Below, piece after piece: positions 20,004 to 29,944 of a DNA stretch of 64,000 nucleotides; position 1 is the first letter of the stretch; the number at the start of each line of letters is the position of its first letter. A model generated the notes under the pieces. The model did no database searches and was not told where the DNA came from. It worked only from the letters and a program-made list of their open reading frames with translations. Location of the stretch: IMG/VR virus record IMGVR_UViG_3300029887_000004; one strand, 5' to 3'. The stretch comes from a virus. Lineage: Duplodnaviria > Heunggongvirae > Uroviricota > Caudoviricetes. A program made the translations under genes and the position numbers.

Positions 20004-20900
20004 CTATCGAGCAATGTCACATTCATGGAAGTCTAATAACATCTGATATTTATATTCTCCAAAACGTTCTTTCCATCTGTGTTTTGCTTTCTCTGTATTC
20101 CAACCAAATGGCATCATGTGGTAATTAACTAGAAAACACATATCCAGAAATTCGTCGCTAGATAAATCATAAAATGTATCATGTAGCTCTGATAAGATTA
20201 AATACGCAGAATATTCAGCATGACCAAAGTAATGAGCAACCCCATTTTCATCAAAGCTTTGTGTATATAATTTTCCAACGTCATGGTAAAAGGCAGCTAA
20301 TCCAAAATATTCTGGATAATTATATTTTTTAAATAACCGCATAGTATAATCGCAATGTCCGCCTAATGTTTTATTATGATATGGTGTCTTTTGATCAAAT
20401 TCATTCATAAAATTAATTACGTTGATCATATTTGCCCTATAATGAAGATTTTCAATTATAATTTTATCGAGTCCTTCTCCTTTGAACGGAATTTGAAATC
20501 TTCTAATTTGATTATCTAATACAAATTCCGGAACAGGATGTTCTCTATTCTTATTATCTTGTCTACATACCAAGATATGTTTTGGAATAATATAACAAAT
20601 CTTCTCAACATCCAAGTTTCCTACATTCTGCAAAATTGCTCTACGGCTTTTCATCGTAAGATTGGTTGCGTCTGCTATTACATTTTTATTATTCTCCAGG
20701 TTCTCACGAATTCTTTTGTGAAATACCTTGAATACTTCATCATTTCGATCCTGATTTTCATAATCACCAGTTAATTCTTCTCTAATTTGATCGGAAGAAA
20801 CAATAACTGTATTTTCATGCTCTTGTGCTAATTTCTGAGCGATTGTAGACTTTCCAGATCCACTCAGCCCGCACATAATCCAAAGTGTAGGTTTATTCAT
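20004..20900 (-). CDS. polynucleotide kinase (P-loop) fused to HD-domain phosphohydrolase, an RNA end-healing enzyme
   Basis: N-terminal GLSGSGKST with a DAT lid, C-terminal HD motifs (YHDVGK, GHAEYSAYL). ATGA overlap with the ligase gene. Confidence 0.65.
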   Translation of the reverse strand: MNKPTLWIMCGLSGSGKSTIAQKLAQEHENTVIVSSDQIREELTGDYENQDRNDEVFKVFHKRIRENLENNKNVIADATNLTMKSRRAILQNVGNLDVEKICYIIPKHILVCRQDNKNREHPVPEFVLDNQIRRFQIPFKGEGLDKIIIENLHYRANMINVINFMNEFDQKTPYHNKTLGGHCDYTMRLFKKYNYPEYFGLAAFYHDVGKLYTQSFDENGVAHYFGHAEYSAYLILSELHDTFYDLSSDEFLDMCFLVNYHMMPFGWNTEKAKHRWKERFGEYKYQMLLDFHECDIAR

Positions 20901-22186
20901 TCGTCCTCCTGTGTAAAAATGTCGGCATAATTTGATACACCCATATCATTTAATTTTAAATATTTGGGATTACCGCCCTCATGACTCTTAATAACATTGA
21001 TTGATTTTCCAAAATACAAACTTTTACAATATTGTCTGTATTTTTTCGGTATATTTCGATCGATCCAAATCATAAAATCTTTCTTACTATCTTTCGGTGC
21101 CTGATTATAATATTCTCTAATTGTCTTTTCGGTTTTCTCGATATAATCAAACACAATAAATGCGATTCTTTTTACATTATCATGGTAAGCAATAGGAAGT
21201 TTTGAAAGAAGATCATCGTATGTATCATCTGCGATACAACGAATAATAAGATTAATAGAAGACAACTTAGACAATGCTTTATGAATGTGAACATAGTCAT
21301 TGTATTTTAGCTTTACTTTATAATCATCAATATTGATTACAAATCCTTCCGCTTCATCAGATGATTTATCATCTAATTCACTCATAACTGTATCTAGTGT
21401 TTTGTCAAATACTTCAGTCGTAAGAATGTCATACTGTTTAGCAACAGCTAGTACTGTTTTGTAATCCGCTTCTATGCCAAGTGCATTGCTTCTTATTCCA
21501 ATAAGGTATAATCCCTCTTGCTCTTTGGTATATTTAACAACATGTGCATCTTTTAATGAAATATATTCAAAAATAAAAGTATGGTGTTCGAAATCTTTTA
21601 ACATCTTTTCATATCCTGGTAATGCTCGAATCATTCTATACCCATCCTGCAATCTCCAAGAATTTTCAGGATTAATAGTCTGACTACCAGCCATAACAAT
21701 TTCTCCGTTATACCACGTAGCAGACTGCATCGATCCATCCAATTTATTTGAGAATTCAACAGTATGAGCCATACTGATTCTTTTTTGAATATTCTTCAAG
21801 CTCGTTTCTGCGATCTCGTTAATATTAAAAAACTTTCGGAACGGGCATAGAACAATACAATCATTCACTACATCAATAACAATGCTCCTACATTCACGAT
21901 AAAATCCATTATATCTTTCCCAAATATCTTCACCTGAATTTTCAATTTCTCCATCGTAAATATTGCTATATCTTCCATATCTCAAAAGAAGAAAATTGTT
22001 ATGCTGATTTAATTCTAAACAAGAAAGTAAGTCTGTATATTCTGAGTATTGATTACATTGTTTTATGCTATTTAATTCATCGATCCATCTTTCCAGACAT
22101 GTTTTTGATTCATCTGTATATCCTTCTGTATAGTCATATGCGATATTGCTGAATCGTTTTTTTATACTCATTTTTGATTTCAACAA
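20897..22186 (-). CDS. RNA ligase (nucleotidyltransferase motif I KxDGS)
   Basis: EFSNKLDGSMQSA (KxDG), 429 aa, translationally coupled to the Pnk-HD gene. Gene pair resembles T4 pnk/rnl. Confidence 0.6.
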   Translation of the reverse strand: MLKSKMSIKKRFSNIAYDYTEGYTDESKTCLERWIDELNSIKQCNQYSEYTDLLSCLELNQHNNFLLLRYGRYSNIYDGEIENSGEDIWERYNGFYRECRSIVIDVVNDCIVLCPFRKFFNINEIAETSLKNIQKRISMAHTVEFSNKLDGSMQSATWYNGEIVMAGSQTINPENSWRLQDGYRMIRALPGYEKMLKDFEHHTFIFEYISLKDAHVVKYTKEQEGLYLIGIRSNALGIEADYKTVLAVAKQYDILTTEVFDKTLDTVMSELDDKSSDEAEGFVINIDDYKVKLKYNDYVHIHKALSKLSSINLIIRCIADDTYDDLLSKLPIAYHDNVKRIAFIVFDYIEKTEKTIREYYNQAPKDSKKDFMIWIDRNIPKKYRQYCKSLYFGKSINVIKSHEGGNPKYLKLNDMGVSNYADIFTQEDE

Positions 22187-22210
22187 ATTTATTTAATACT
22201 GGATTCCAAC

Positions 22211-22591
22211 TCACTCGTAATCTTCCTCCTCGAACGGAATATTTGTCTCATACCAATCTCTTGTTACAACTACACGATATTCTTCATCTCCAGAATATCT
22301 AAAAACGCAGATATGAAAATCTCCGAATCCAAGTTCAATAGCGAATTCGTCTTTATTTTCTCTAAAATACTTAATTGCTCTTCTAATCTCACGTAAAATA
22401 ACTTCGGCGCCTACTTCTTTACAGCCATGATATTTACTTTCATGCGCAAAATATTGCGGATATTTTAGATTATCTTTTGTCAAAGTAATACCTTCAAATT
22501 CATCAACCGTAGTTTCTTTCCCACAACAAGGACATGTTGTAAACCTAGCTCCAAGCCAACCAATATATGTATCATTCATTGATACTTCCAA
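22211..22591 (-). CDS. hypothetical zinc-ribbon protein
   Basis: CPCCGKE motif. The upstream in-frame region holds another CDSCDS pair but no canonical start codon. Confidence 0.5.
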   Translation of the reverse strand: MEVSMNDTYIGWLGARFTTCPCCGKETTVDEFEGITLTKDNLKYPQYFAHESKYHGCKEVGAEVILREIRRAIKYFRENKDEFAIELGFGDFHICVFRYSGDEEYRVVVTRDWYETNIPFEEEDYE

Positions 22592-22771
22592 TTCTGAATC
22601 GCAACTATCGCAGAATGTTGTTACTACATCCGTATTTTCTTTTTTATAATTATTCCTAATAACTTTTATATTCTCACCACCTTTGCAAAATTACCAGAAT
22701 TAATCTCTCATCCAAGATCCAATAATCGCAAGCCCATTACCAGACTCAACAATTAATTCGCTAGCTCCTCA

Positions 22772-23296
22772 TTAACATAATTCCCACCAGAAATCATATA
22801 ATTTATGAGCCATATTACCTTTATGTAATTCGCCCTTATATCTACGAATCTTTCTATTTGATTGCTGCTTAAAATACTTACTACGTTTTCCACGATACCA
22901 TCTTTTATAATATGGTTTAGTGTACTGAACATAGCCATGTCCTTTAATCCAAATTTCATCCATATATCCAACTGGCGCAGGATAATAACCACCAGCAATT
23001 TCATATAGGTGCTTAAGATTATTTTGATGTTTCAAATATCTCGCACGTTTATTTCTTCTCTTTTTGTTTGATTGAGTTTTAACAACATTTCCTATTTGAG
23101 AAGATTTTTCGCAGTATCCCATATATCCTACTTTTCCACCAACCTTGTCGCACCAAATAGATTGTTCGATTTCTTCTTGAGACAAATCAGTAAAGTTTTC
23201 AGATAATCTCACATAATCTTCATATCCATAAGGACAATCAAAGCACAACATTTTATTCTCCATCATACTTTTCAGGCAATGACATCCATGCAACAA
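22772..23296 (-). CDS. hypothetical protein (basic C-terminal region)
   Basis: 174-aa ORF, preferred over the overlapping 22753..23004 frame. Confidence 0.5.
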   Translation of the reverse strand: MLHGCHCLKSMMENKMLCFDCPYGYEDYVRLSENFTDLSQEEIEQSIWCDKVGGKVGYMGYCEKSSQIGNVVKTQSNKKRRNKRARYLKHQNNLKHLYEIAGGYYPAPVGYMDEIWIKGHGYVQYTKPYYKRWYRGKRSKYFKQQSNRKIRRYKGELHKGNMAHKLYDFWWELC

Positions 23297-23537
23297 CTTT
23301 ATTTCTTACAGCCATTCTTCGTCCACCTGTCCCATAGGAATACCAAATATATTCATCAGGCCATTTGAACGCTTCTTCTTTCCAACGCTCAGCAATGAAA
23401 TAATTACCATTTTTTGTATAAACCAATACTTTATCAGACCTATAATGTCTTGAATATGCTGAATATGAAATCTCTGTCATGTCAGGATATCTTTCTTTTA
23501 ACGAAATCCAACAATTTTTATCCACAATAATCACCAC
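23253..23537 (-). CDS. hypothetical protein
   Basis: GTG-start ORF preceded by tandem stops TGA-TAG of the upstream gene. Confidence 0.45.
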   Translation of the reverse strand: MVIIVDKNCWISLKERYPDMTEISYSAYSRHYRSDKVLVYTKNGNYFIAERWKEEAFKWPDEYIWYSYGTGGRRMAVRNKVVAWMSLPEKYDGE

Positions 23538-23540
23538 CTA

Positions 23541-24569
23541 TCAAATTTCATCCTTTACAACTCTTTCATTTACACTCATCACAAATTCATTGATTTTGTC
23601 ATAGTTAGGTCTTTCTGGCAAAGAAGTATTTTTCTTATCGTACTCAAGCCTTTTATCCAGCACATCAACCATCTCAAAGAATTCTGGGATTGGTTGATTA
23701 CTGCTATCTAAGTATTCTCCATTACGAATATTCATTAACAGGTCATGTTCTTTTTCTCGATAGGTAACTACTTTTTCATTCTCCAGAATGTCAAAACACA
23801 TATAATATAACCGCACTAAATGCATCATGTGTTTATTCAATTTATTCGAAGGTACAGCCTGCCTATTCGTTATACTAAGCTTCGCATAGTCTTTTACGAT
23901 ACTATGCATTTCAGCCCACATCGCCTGGTAATCTCGTAATGGATAATGTTTCAGGTTGACATCCATGAAAATTTCCTTATCCATATCTTCTTGGGTAGCG
24001 TCATCGAGATATAGTTTGATGCTATTTTCTGAATATCTAAAATATTTTTCTGGGAATGATGTCATTGCATTATAGATACTATTTAAGACATGATTTTCTC
24101 GATGTTCCTGATCGACTGTACGAACTGCTTTGTTGTCGATTCTTCGCGCTTGTGATCGAATAAATCCTTGGAAGCTATATGCTGCTTTTTTAGAAAGAAA
24201 TAAATGTGAATTATCTAATAGCTCGTATCCAATCGAGCTGACATATAAATAATGTTCTAGATTTAAACCCAGCAGCTCGATAGTGTTTGGGTTACAATTT
24301 GATAACAGCTTGATAATCTTATTAAACCCGTAGATTGTCGTATCTGTCTGCTTATTTTCAAACTGTTCAAATCGCTCGTTCGTCAAAATTTCTGCTTTAG
24401 TATTTAGTGCAATTCCGCGCACGTCTAGGTCGCTGGTTTCTACATTAGTGCCATATGAATAGCTACCACCTAATCCAAGAAGAATAATTCTATTTTCTAA
24501 ATGTTTGTCCGTCCTCAGAAAATCATACTCTTCTCCAGCAATCTTCTTTTTGATTTCTTCAATCGTCAT
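23541..24569 (-). CDS. Pol-beta-superfamily nucleotidyltransferase (GS...D.D motif)
   Basis: GLGGSYSYGTNVETSDLDVRGIA is the minimal NTase signature. The substrate is unknown; the gene lies inside the RNA-repair neighbourhood. Confidence 0.55.
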   Translation of the reverse strand: MTIEEIKKKIAGEEYDFLRTDKHLENRIILLGLGGSYSYGTNVETSDLDVRGIALNTKAEILTNERFEQFENKQTDTTIYGFNKIIKLLSNCNPNTIELLGLNLEHYLYVSSIGYELLDNSHLFLSKKAAYSFQGFIRSQARRIDNKAVRTVDQEHRENHVLNSIYNAMTSFPEKYFRYSENSIKLYLDDATQEDMDKEIFMDVNLKHYPLRDYQAMWAEMHSIVKDYAKLSITNRQAVPSNKLNKHMMHLVRLYYMCFDILENEKVVTYREKEHDLLMNIRNGEYLDSSNQPIPEFFEMVDVLDKRLEYDKKNTSLPERPNYDKINEFVMSVNERVVKDEI

Positions 24570-24578
24570 TTATATCAC

Positions 24579-25019
24579 CTACTTTAATAGCTCGGCAATG
24601 GAATCCAGCTCCAACTCCGTTTTTTTATCTTCGGATAAAAGCTTGTCCAATTTTGTTTCCATTGCTTTGAGATTATTCTCTTCCCTCTTAGTTGCAATAA
24701 CCTCTAATCTTGCTTTCACATCTGTAATCCAATCGTTCAGATCATATCCAGAAATTTCAAATTTATCTAAACCAAGATCTGCTGCAGACATACGATAAGA
24801 GTTTAATCTTACCATCAAGAAAAACAATGCACTTTCTGACAGAACATTAAGATTTAATGTTAATCCATCCATCTCAAGAATACAATTTGTCATTGGCGCA
24901 AATCGTGTCTTCTTACTTGCGATTTCTTTCTTTTTATCTTCTACCTGTTTTTTTAATTCTAAAATTCTATCATCATTTTTACTCATATAGTGTACCTCTC
25001 GTTTCATATTCTCTTCCAT
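24579..25019 (-). CDS. hypothetical protein
   Basis: 146-aa ORF. Confidence 0.5.
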   Translation of the reverse strand: MEENMKREVHYMSKNDDRILELKKQVEDKKKEIASKKTRFAPMTNCILEMDGLTLNLNVLSESALFFLMVRLNSYRMSAADLGLDKFEISGYDLNDWITDVKARLEVIATKREENNLKAMETKLDKLLSEDKKTELELDSIAELLK

Positions 25020-26196
25020 TTTTTAAATACATTTTGATATATTCTGGATGCATCTTTTCATAAATTTCTTCCAAAGTAACAGGAATCATTCGTTTCTCAT
25101 AATAAGACGTCTCTTCACATGGAAATAAATCTGATCTCTTGAAATATGTGTTTTTTTCATCAATATATCCTTCTGTAATAGTATATTTCCCTGGCCCCTC
25201 ATGATGAAGTTCAAAAGTGTTATATTCACCTTTACATTTGCTTATGAATTTAAACCAACATTGTGTTTCTACTTCATGTTTAAAATCATCAATATCCCAT
25301 GATTTGTATTCATCCTTTGATGGATCATAAGGAGAGTATCTGTGATCCCCTTCCATCTCATAAAATAAGTCAGCATATTTTTCGCTACATGTATCATCAC
25401 TGCAGCAAACAATTTTATTCTTAGGAAATGATTTTTGATGCATAAATTGACGATAATGTGAATCACCAGTATAAAACCAAAATTGTTTTCCAACATATCC
25501 AGTTGTGTATTTATATTCATACTCACGGTATGAATAATTAGAATCATATGTTATCCCCTGTTTTTGACACCATTCACGAAGCGCTTTGTATGTAGTGAAG
25601 GTTTCTTCGATATCATCTCTTGTATAACAATAGTTATCATACGTATCGTATTTACCCATATAGATCCATTCTTCATTATCTTTTGTCAAATATGTAGCAC
25701 CAACAACCAAATCTTTTGCTTTAATGTCTTGTTTATCATTTATCTTATCACTAAACGCAGAAATTTCTTTATAGTCAGGTGAATCAACCGGCATAAGAAT
25801 CAGTTCTTTCCCGTCCCAACCATATACAAATTTTCCTTCAAGTCCTTTTCCTTTAACGCATGAACAATTAGCCAGAATATATAGTAAATTCTCGATCGTA
25901 ATCTCAAACTCAAAATCTCTAGGATCATAAACTCTGCAGTACGATTTACGAACATCCCATTCATTGGAATATTCTCTACCGCCAGCAGGTTTATTGAGTA
26001 CAAACCCTTCTGTCGGAACATTATCAAATTCTGTATTAGCGATTTCCTCATCTCGCCAATTATTCCAGGATGTTTCTTTTCTTAGTTTTCCTTTTTCATC
26101 ATAATAAATAACATACGCAATTTTCCCTGTATATGTGTCTTCTCTGTTCTGGTATCCGACATTAAGTCGTTTTGGAATATAAATATTACTTTTCAT
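24979..26196 (-). CDS. hypothetical protein
   Basis: 405-aa ORF, Tyr/Trp-rich, no recognised domain. Confidence 0.55.
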   Translation of the reverse strand: MKSNIYIPKRLNVGYQNREDTYTGKIAYVIYYDEKGKLRKETSWNNWRDEEIANTEFDNVPTEGFVLNKPAGGREYSNEWDVRKSYCRVYDPRDFEFEITIENLLYILANCSCVKGKGLEGKFVYGWDGKELILMPVDSPDYKEISAFSDKINDKQDIKAKDLVVGATYLTKDNEEWIYMGKYDTYDNYCYTRDDIEETFTTYKALREWCQKQGITYDSNYSYREYEYKYTTGYVGKQFWFYTGDSHYRQFMHQKSFPKNKIVCCSDDTCSEKYADLFYEMEGDHRYSPYDPSKDEYKSWDIDDFKHEVETQCWFKFISKCKGEYNTFELHHEGPGKYTITEGYIDEKNTYFKRSDLFPCEETSYYEKRMIPVTLEEIYEKMHPEYIKMYLKNGREYETRGTLYE

Positions 26197-26347
26197 TAGT
26201 CACCTTCTTACTCTAATAAATCAAGTGTCACAACTGTAGGAAGCGCAAACGCCCACAAACATTTCATATCATGCATTGTCACAATTCCAGCAATTACTGC
26301 TGCGGATATGGCAATCCACATTAAACCAATTGTTATATTTTTCAAAC

Positions 26348-26749
26348 TTATTCTTCTCCGTTATGTTGTTTCATAATTTCAGCAATCATTTCTAAATAAG
26401 ACGTCATATCTGTGAAATCTCCACTCATCATGGCACCAGTTGTTTTAATTTGATACCTATAATTCTCTGGTTTAATTGTAGGTTCTATTGGATAACCATG
26501 ATACAGAACTGTACCTTTAGGAATTGTTACTGTTGCGTATGTATCAAGATAATCTCTTTTTAACTCTTTCAGACAAGACCGACATCCTTTATTGTATGTT
26601 TTACAATTGTCTCTTCCTGTATTATTGACTTCCACAATACGATTTGTTTTCTTAGAATAATCCTTGTATAAGAATTTATTTACAATAAGCAGCACACCAT
26701 CTGTGATTCTATAAACATCTTGATATTCTGTGTTTGCTAATATTTCCAT
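26348..26749 (-). CDS. hypothetical protein
   Basis: 133-aa ORF. Confidence 0.5.
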   Translation of the reverse strand: MEILANTEYQDVYRITDGVLLIVNKFLYKDYSKKTNRIVEVNNTGRDNCKTYNKGCRSCLKELKRDYLDTYATVTIPKGTVLYHGYPIEPTIKPENYRYQIKTTGAMMSGDFTDMTSYLEMIAEIMKQHNGEE

Positions 26750-26793
26750 CTACTCATCACCATCTTTCCATGCATAATACTTATTCTCCATCT

Positions 26794-27153
26794 TCAAAAA
26801 ATTTCAACATCAATACACAACAAATCATGCAGATTCTTAATCTGTTCTTCGGTCGGTTTCTTCCATGACGTATACTCTGTAATATCAAAAGTCATTGCTC
26901 CGCCACATAATTTAATTCTTGCAATTGTTTTTGGTAAGCTACATTCTACGACTTTCGGCATCGGAATATCACAACTTGTTTTTGGTAATTGTGATTTCTG
27001 TGAATATTCAAACGCTCTTAATTCATCTTTTCCAAGCCATTTTATCCATGCTCCACAAACATCACAATATAACCCTGTGTTATTACCTTTTACTTCCGTA
27101 TGCAAAGATGTACTTCCACACTTTTTACAACAATTTTGATACATAATCTTCAC
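26794..27153 (-). CDS. hypothetical zinc-ribbon protein
   Basis: CCKKCGS...CDVCG motif. Confidence 0.5.
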   Translation of the reverse strand: MKIMYQNCCKKCGSTSLHTEVKGNNTGLYCDVCGAWIKWLGKDELRAFEYSQKSQLPKTSCDIPMPKVVECSLPKTIARIKLCGGAMTFDITEYTSWKKPTEEQIKNLHDLLCIDVEIF

Positions 27154-27159
27154 ATCGCG

Positions 27160-27696
27160 TCAAATCAATTTATTCTCTACCAATTCGCCAATGTAATAAT
27201 ATCTGTCAATTGATTCTTTATCTCCAAGAACCCACCTGTTGCATTCAACTTCTTCCATCTCATCAATCCAATTATCCCAATTATCTGCAATGAGCTGACA
27301 GAATTTTTCACCACTTCCACGCAAGAAACATCTTCCAATCCACTCTGCTTTCATACTTCTATCTGGATAAACCAATGTGAAATAGATTCCATTTTCAATC
27401 AGAGCATCTCTTACTTCTTTGTGGCTGCTTACGAAAATATAATCAGCTTTTCCAATATTCTCTTTAATGTGCTGAATATAATTACTTGGAAATTCTGGAT
27501 TACGAACCTTTATATACCTTTCTTTGTAATTCTTTTTCCCACGATTCTTCATTTCATATATTTTATCAACAACATCCATCCAACTAAATTTACTACTGTC
27601 GCTATCGAGAATTTCATACCCATTCTCATTAAGTTTTTCAAAAGCATATGTTTTCCCACAAGCAGGGAACGCACTAATAATTTTTGTTTTCTTCAT
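27160..27696 (-). CDS. P-loop NTPase / nucleotide kinase-like protein
   Basis: Walker A SAFPACGKT, 178 aa. RBS GGAAGGAGAA. Confidence 0.55.
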   Translation of the reverse strand: MKKTKIISAFPACGKTYAFEKLNENGYEILDSDSSKFSWMDVVDKIYEMKNRGKKNYKERYIKVRNPEFPSNYIQHIKENIGKADYIFVSSHKEVRDALIENGIYFTLVYPDRSMKAEWIGRCFLRGSGEKFCQLIADNWDNWIDEMEEVECNRWVLGDKESIDRYYYIGELVENKLI

Positions 27697-27709
27697 AATA
27701 TTCTCCTTC

Positions 27710-27871
27710 CTAAGAAATCATTTCAGGATAGAAATCATATAAATAATCTCTAAAGTCTCCGCCAGTATCAGAACCAATTATCTTCTGCCAATGATTTATC
27801 CATTCCTTACCCTCTTTTGTTAGTATGAATTTTTCGTATTCCTCTTTAAGTTCTTTTTCTTTTGTAGTCAT
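27710..27871 (-). CDS. small hypothetical protein (53 aa)
   Basis: RBS GGAGGA followed by ATG. Missed by the ORF track because it is under 60 aa. Confidence 0.35.
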   Translation of the reverse strand: MTTKEKELKEEYEKFILTKEGKEWINHWQKIIGSDTGGDFRDYLYDFYPEMIS

Positions 27872-27913
27872 TATTTATTTTTTATCCTCCAAACGAAACA
27901 AAACTTTTATATA

Positions 27914-28111
27914 TTAATTGTTATTATTAAACACAATTTCATTTTCGCATTGTGGGCAAACAATAATTCCATAAGATTTCTTACGTACTTCCATTCCGCA
28001 TATACCAATTCCAGTACGAATATTCACATCTTCATCGTCAAAAGAAAATAAACATCCGCAATCATTACAACGTATTTTATGATTTGTTCCTTTTTCAATA
28101 ATTTTGATCAT
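27914..28111 (-). CDS. hypothetical zinc-ribbon protein
   Basis: CNDCGC...CPQC motif. Confidence 0.45.
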   Translation of the reverse strand: MIKIIEKGTNHKIRCNDCGCLFSFDDEDVNIRTGIGICGMEVRKKSYGIIVCPQCENEIVFNNNN

Positions 28112-28133
28112 AGCTTATCTCCTATATTTGTAT

Positions 28134-28247
28134 TATCGACAATAATCCATCTTGTTAATTACTTTCTGCAAAGTATCACAACATTTCTTGTCAATTTCAA
28201 ATGACTCTAAAATGTTGATACCGGCTTCTTCAATCCCAAGATCCATG
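28134..28247 (-). CDS. small protein (37 aa), truncated paralog of the C-terminal domain of the 28841..29119 product
   Basis: RBS AAGGAG. Shares the motif CCDTLQKVINKMD / YCDALQRVIDEME with that gene, and a ~45-bp DNA repeat is found at 28143-28190 and 28851-28898. Confidence 0.3.
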
Positions 28248-28335
28248 CCACAAGCTCCTCTAAAATAACTCTTTGCTGTAATTTTCATATTTAATTTTCC
28301 TATTCTGTGAAATTATTTGAGCGAACACTCATGAA

Positions 28336-28560
28336 TTATTTATTTCTATCTAAGACTTGTTTAATATCATAACATATTAACGAATTTATATCCCAAGCAC
28401 AATTTGTACACAAATCTACTTCCGTTGGTTTTACCACATCAAAACACAAGATTGTATTGCAGCCAGATTTATCATTCGCTTTTTCTTTGTAATGAAAAGG
28501 TAGTACGTACTTCGTGGTTTTCGCTTTTTTACCGCAAATATCACAATATTCTTTGATCAT
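28336..28560 (-). CDS. hypothetical Cys-rich protein
   Basis: 74-aa ORF. Confidence 0.45.
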   Translation of the reverse strand: MIKEYCDICGKKAKTTKYVLPFHYKEKANDKSGCNTILCFDVVKPTEVDLCTNCAWDINSLICYDIKQVLDRNK

Positions 28561-28840
28561 TTTTCCCCCTAATTGTTTTTTTATTAGCTGTGATCAACCT
28601 AAACTATGAGATGGAGACCAATGATATGCAATAGCCTTATATGGTTTTAAATCAGGATATTTCTCTTTTAAAATTCTCTACATTGATGTTCCGTGATTAT
28701 ATTTTCTTCTAACCAAATAATGTCTGCATCTTCATGTTTTTTATAATACTTTTTTTTATTAAGTTTATCGATCCAATAAAACCATCTATCTTGGTAATGC
28801 ATATAGTGTAAACATTTATTTTCTTCCATCGTCTCCATTG

Positions 28841-29119
28841 TTACTCCATCTCATCAATTACTCTCTGCAAAGCATCACAATATTTCTGTGCAGCTTCTTT
28901 ATCCAAAACTTTTACATTACATGGTACAATAGCTGCACCACACCTATCAAAAATCCCAGCACCTTCCCATGCCTTATAGAATTCAAGAACAGTACCAATA
29001 TTTATATATTCATTTCCTGGATCAAATTGAAGAACAACTACATCACCTTTATCTGGATGAATCTTTCTCAGCTTAATCATGTTCTTCTTAATAAACTTCT
29101 TTTTCTGTCGTTTGTTCAT
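28841..29119 (-). CDS. hypothetical protein
   Basis: 92-aa ORF, paralog of the small 28134..28247 ORF. Confidence 0.5.
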   Translation of the reverse strand: MNKRQKKKFIKKNMIKLRKIHPDKGDVVVLQFDPGNEYINIGTVLEFYKAWEGAGIFDRCGAAIVPCNVKVLDKEAAQKYCDALQRVIDEME

Positions 29120-29164
29120 ATCTATCTTCCTTATCTTTGTAATAATCTGACATTTATTTGCACC

Positions 29165-29416
29165 TCACATAAATTCTAAATAATACGCAGCAACATATTT
29201 TCTTCTCTTCCAAAACTTCCACCACGGAAATTTTACATATTTTATTTCAATAACTCGAAACATTTTATCTCTATTTTTACCTAAAGCAGGTGATCCAAAC
29301 ATTACTTCAGCTAATTCGTCAACAGAAATATATTTTCCAATCTTATATTTTTGTTTGTGTGGTTGTGGAGGTCTGTAAGAAATTATGTCATGTTGGCGCA
29401 ATTCGTATACTGCCAT
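29165..29416 (-). CDS. hypothetical protein
   Basis: 83-aa ORF. Confidence 0.45.
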   Translation of the reverse strand: MAVYELRQHDIISYRPPQPHKQKYKIGKYISVDELAEVMFGSPALGKNRDKMFRVIEIKYVKFPWWKFWKRRKYVAAYYLEFM

Positions 29417-29428
29417 CTATTTATTCTC

Positions 29429-29842
29429 CTATATTTTTACTGTAACAATACGATTCTTTACCTCAGACCAATCTTCAAATTCAATACGACCATCATCAAA
29501 TTTAATCAATCTAGGCATAATAATAGGATGTATAATACAATCTTTTACATCTTGTCTTATATCTGCATCTACAATACAACCATTGAATTTGTATCCTGTA
29601 CAATTTTCTGATGGTTGAAAGATTTTCATATAACTACCGTTCGAAAACTCTACAAACATTTCTCTTTCTGTGAACCGGCATTTTATAATTTGTAACTGTA
29701 AATTCGCTTCATTTTCTTTCTTCAAAATTTCCTTTATCTTGCCAATCTTTAACGTATCTGAAACAAAAATTGCTGCTTTATATCCGTCAAAATTTATGCA
29801 ATATTCGATTTGTTTCTTGATTTCTCGTCTTAAACTATCCAT
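29429..29842 (-). CDS. hypothetical protein
   Basis: 137-aa ORF. Confidence 0.5.
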   Translation of the reverse strand: MDSLRREIKKQIEYCINFDGYKAAIFVSDTLKIGKIKEILKKENEANLQLQIIKCRFTEREMFVEFSNGSYMKIFQPSENCTGYKFNGCIVDADIRQDVKDCIIHPIIMPRLIKFDDGRIEFEDWSEVKNRIVTVKI

Positions 29843-29944
29843 GGCATTTATTCTCCATAAACCAATACTATATATAGTGTATGGTCGTTCTTATATCTAC
29901 TATATATAGTTTTATTTTTCGGATGAAATATCGCTTTCGTTGCT

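Noticed and set aside
22753-23004. 83-aa ORF overlapping 22772..23296 in another frame
   Set aside because: Fully overlapped alternative frame with a hydrophobic low-complexity translation.
28134-28288. Apparent C5-methyltransferase motif I (FxGxGGxDLG) in a small ORF
   Set aside because: It came from a mis-reading of one base while translating by eye. Careful retranslation gives a 37-aa ORF (MDLGIEEAGINILESF...) with no MTase motif.
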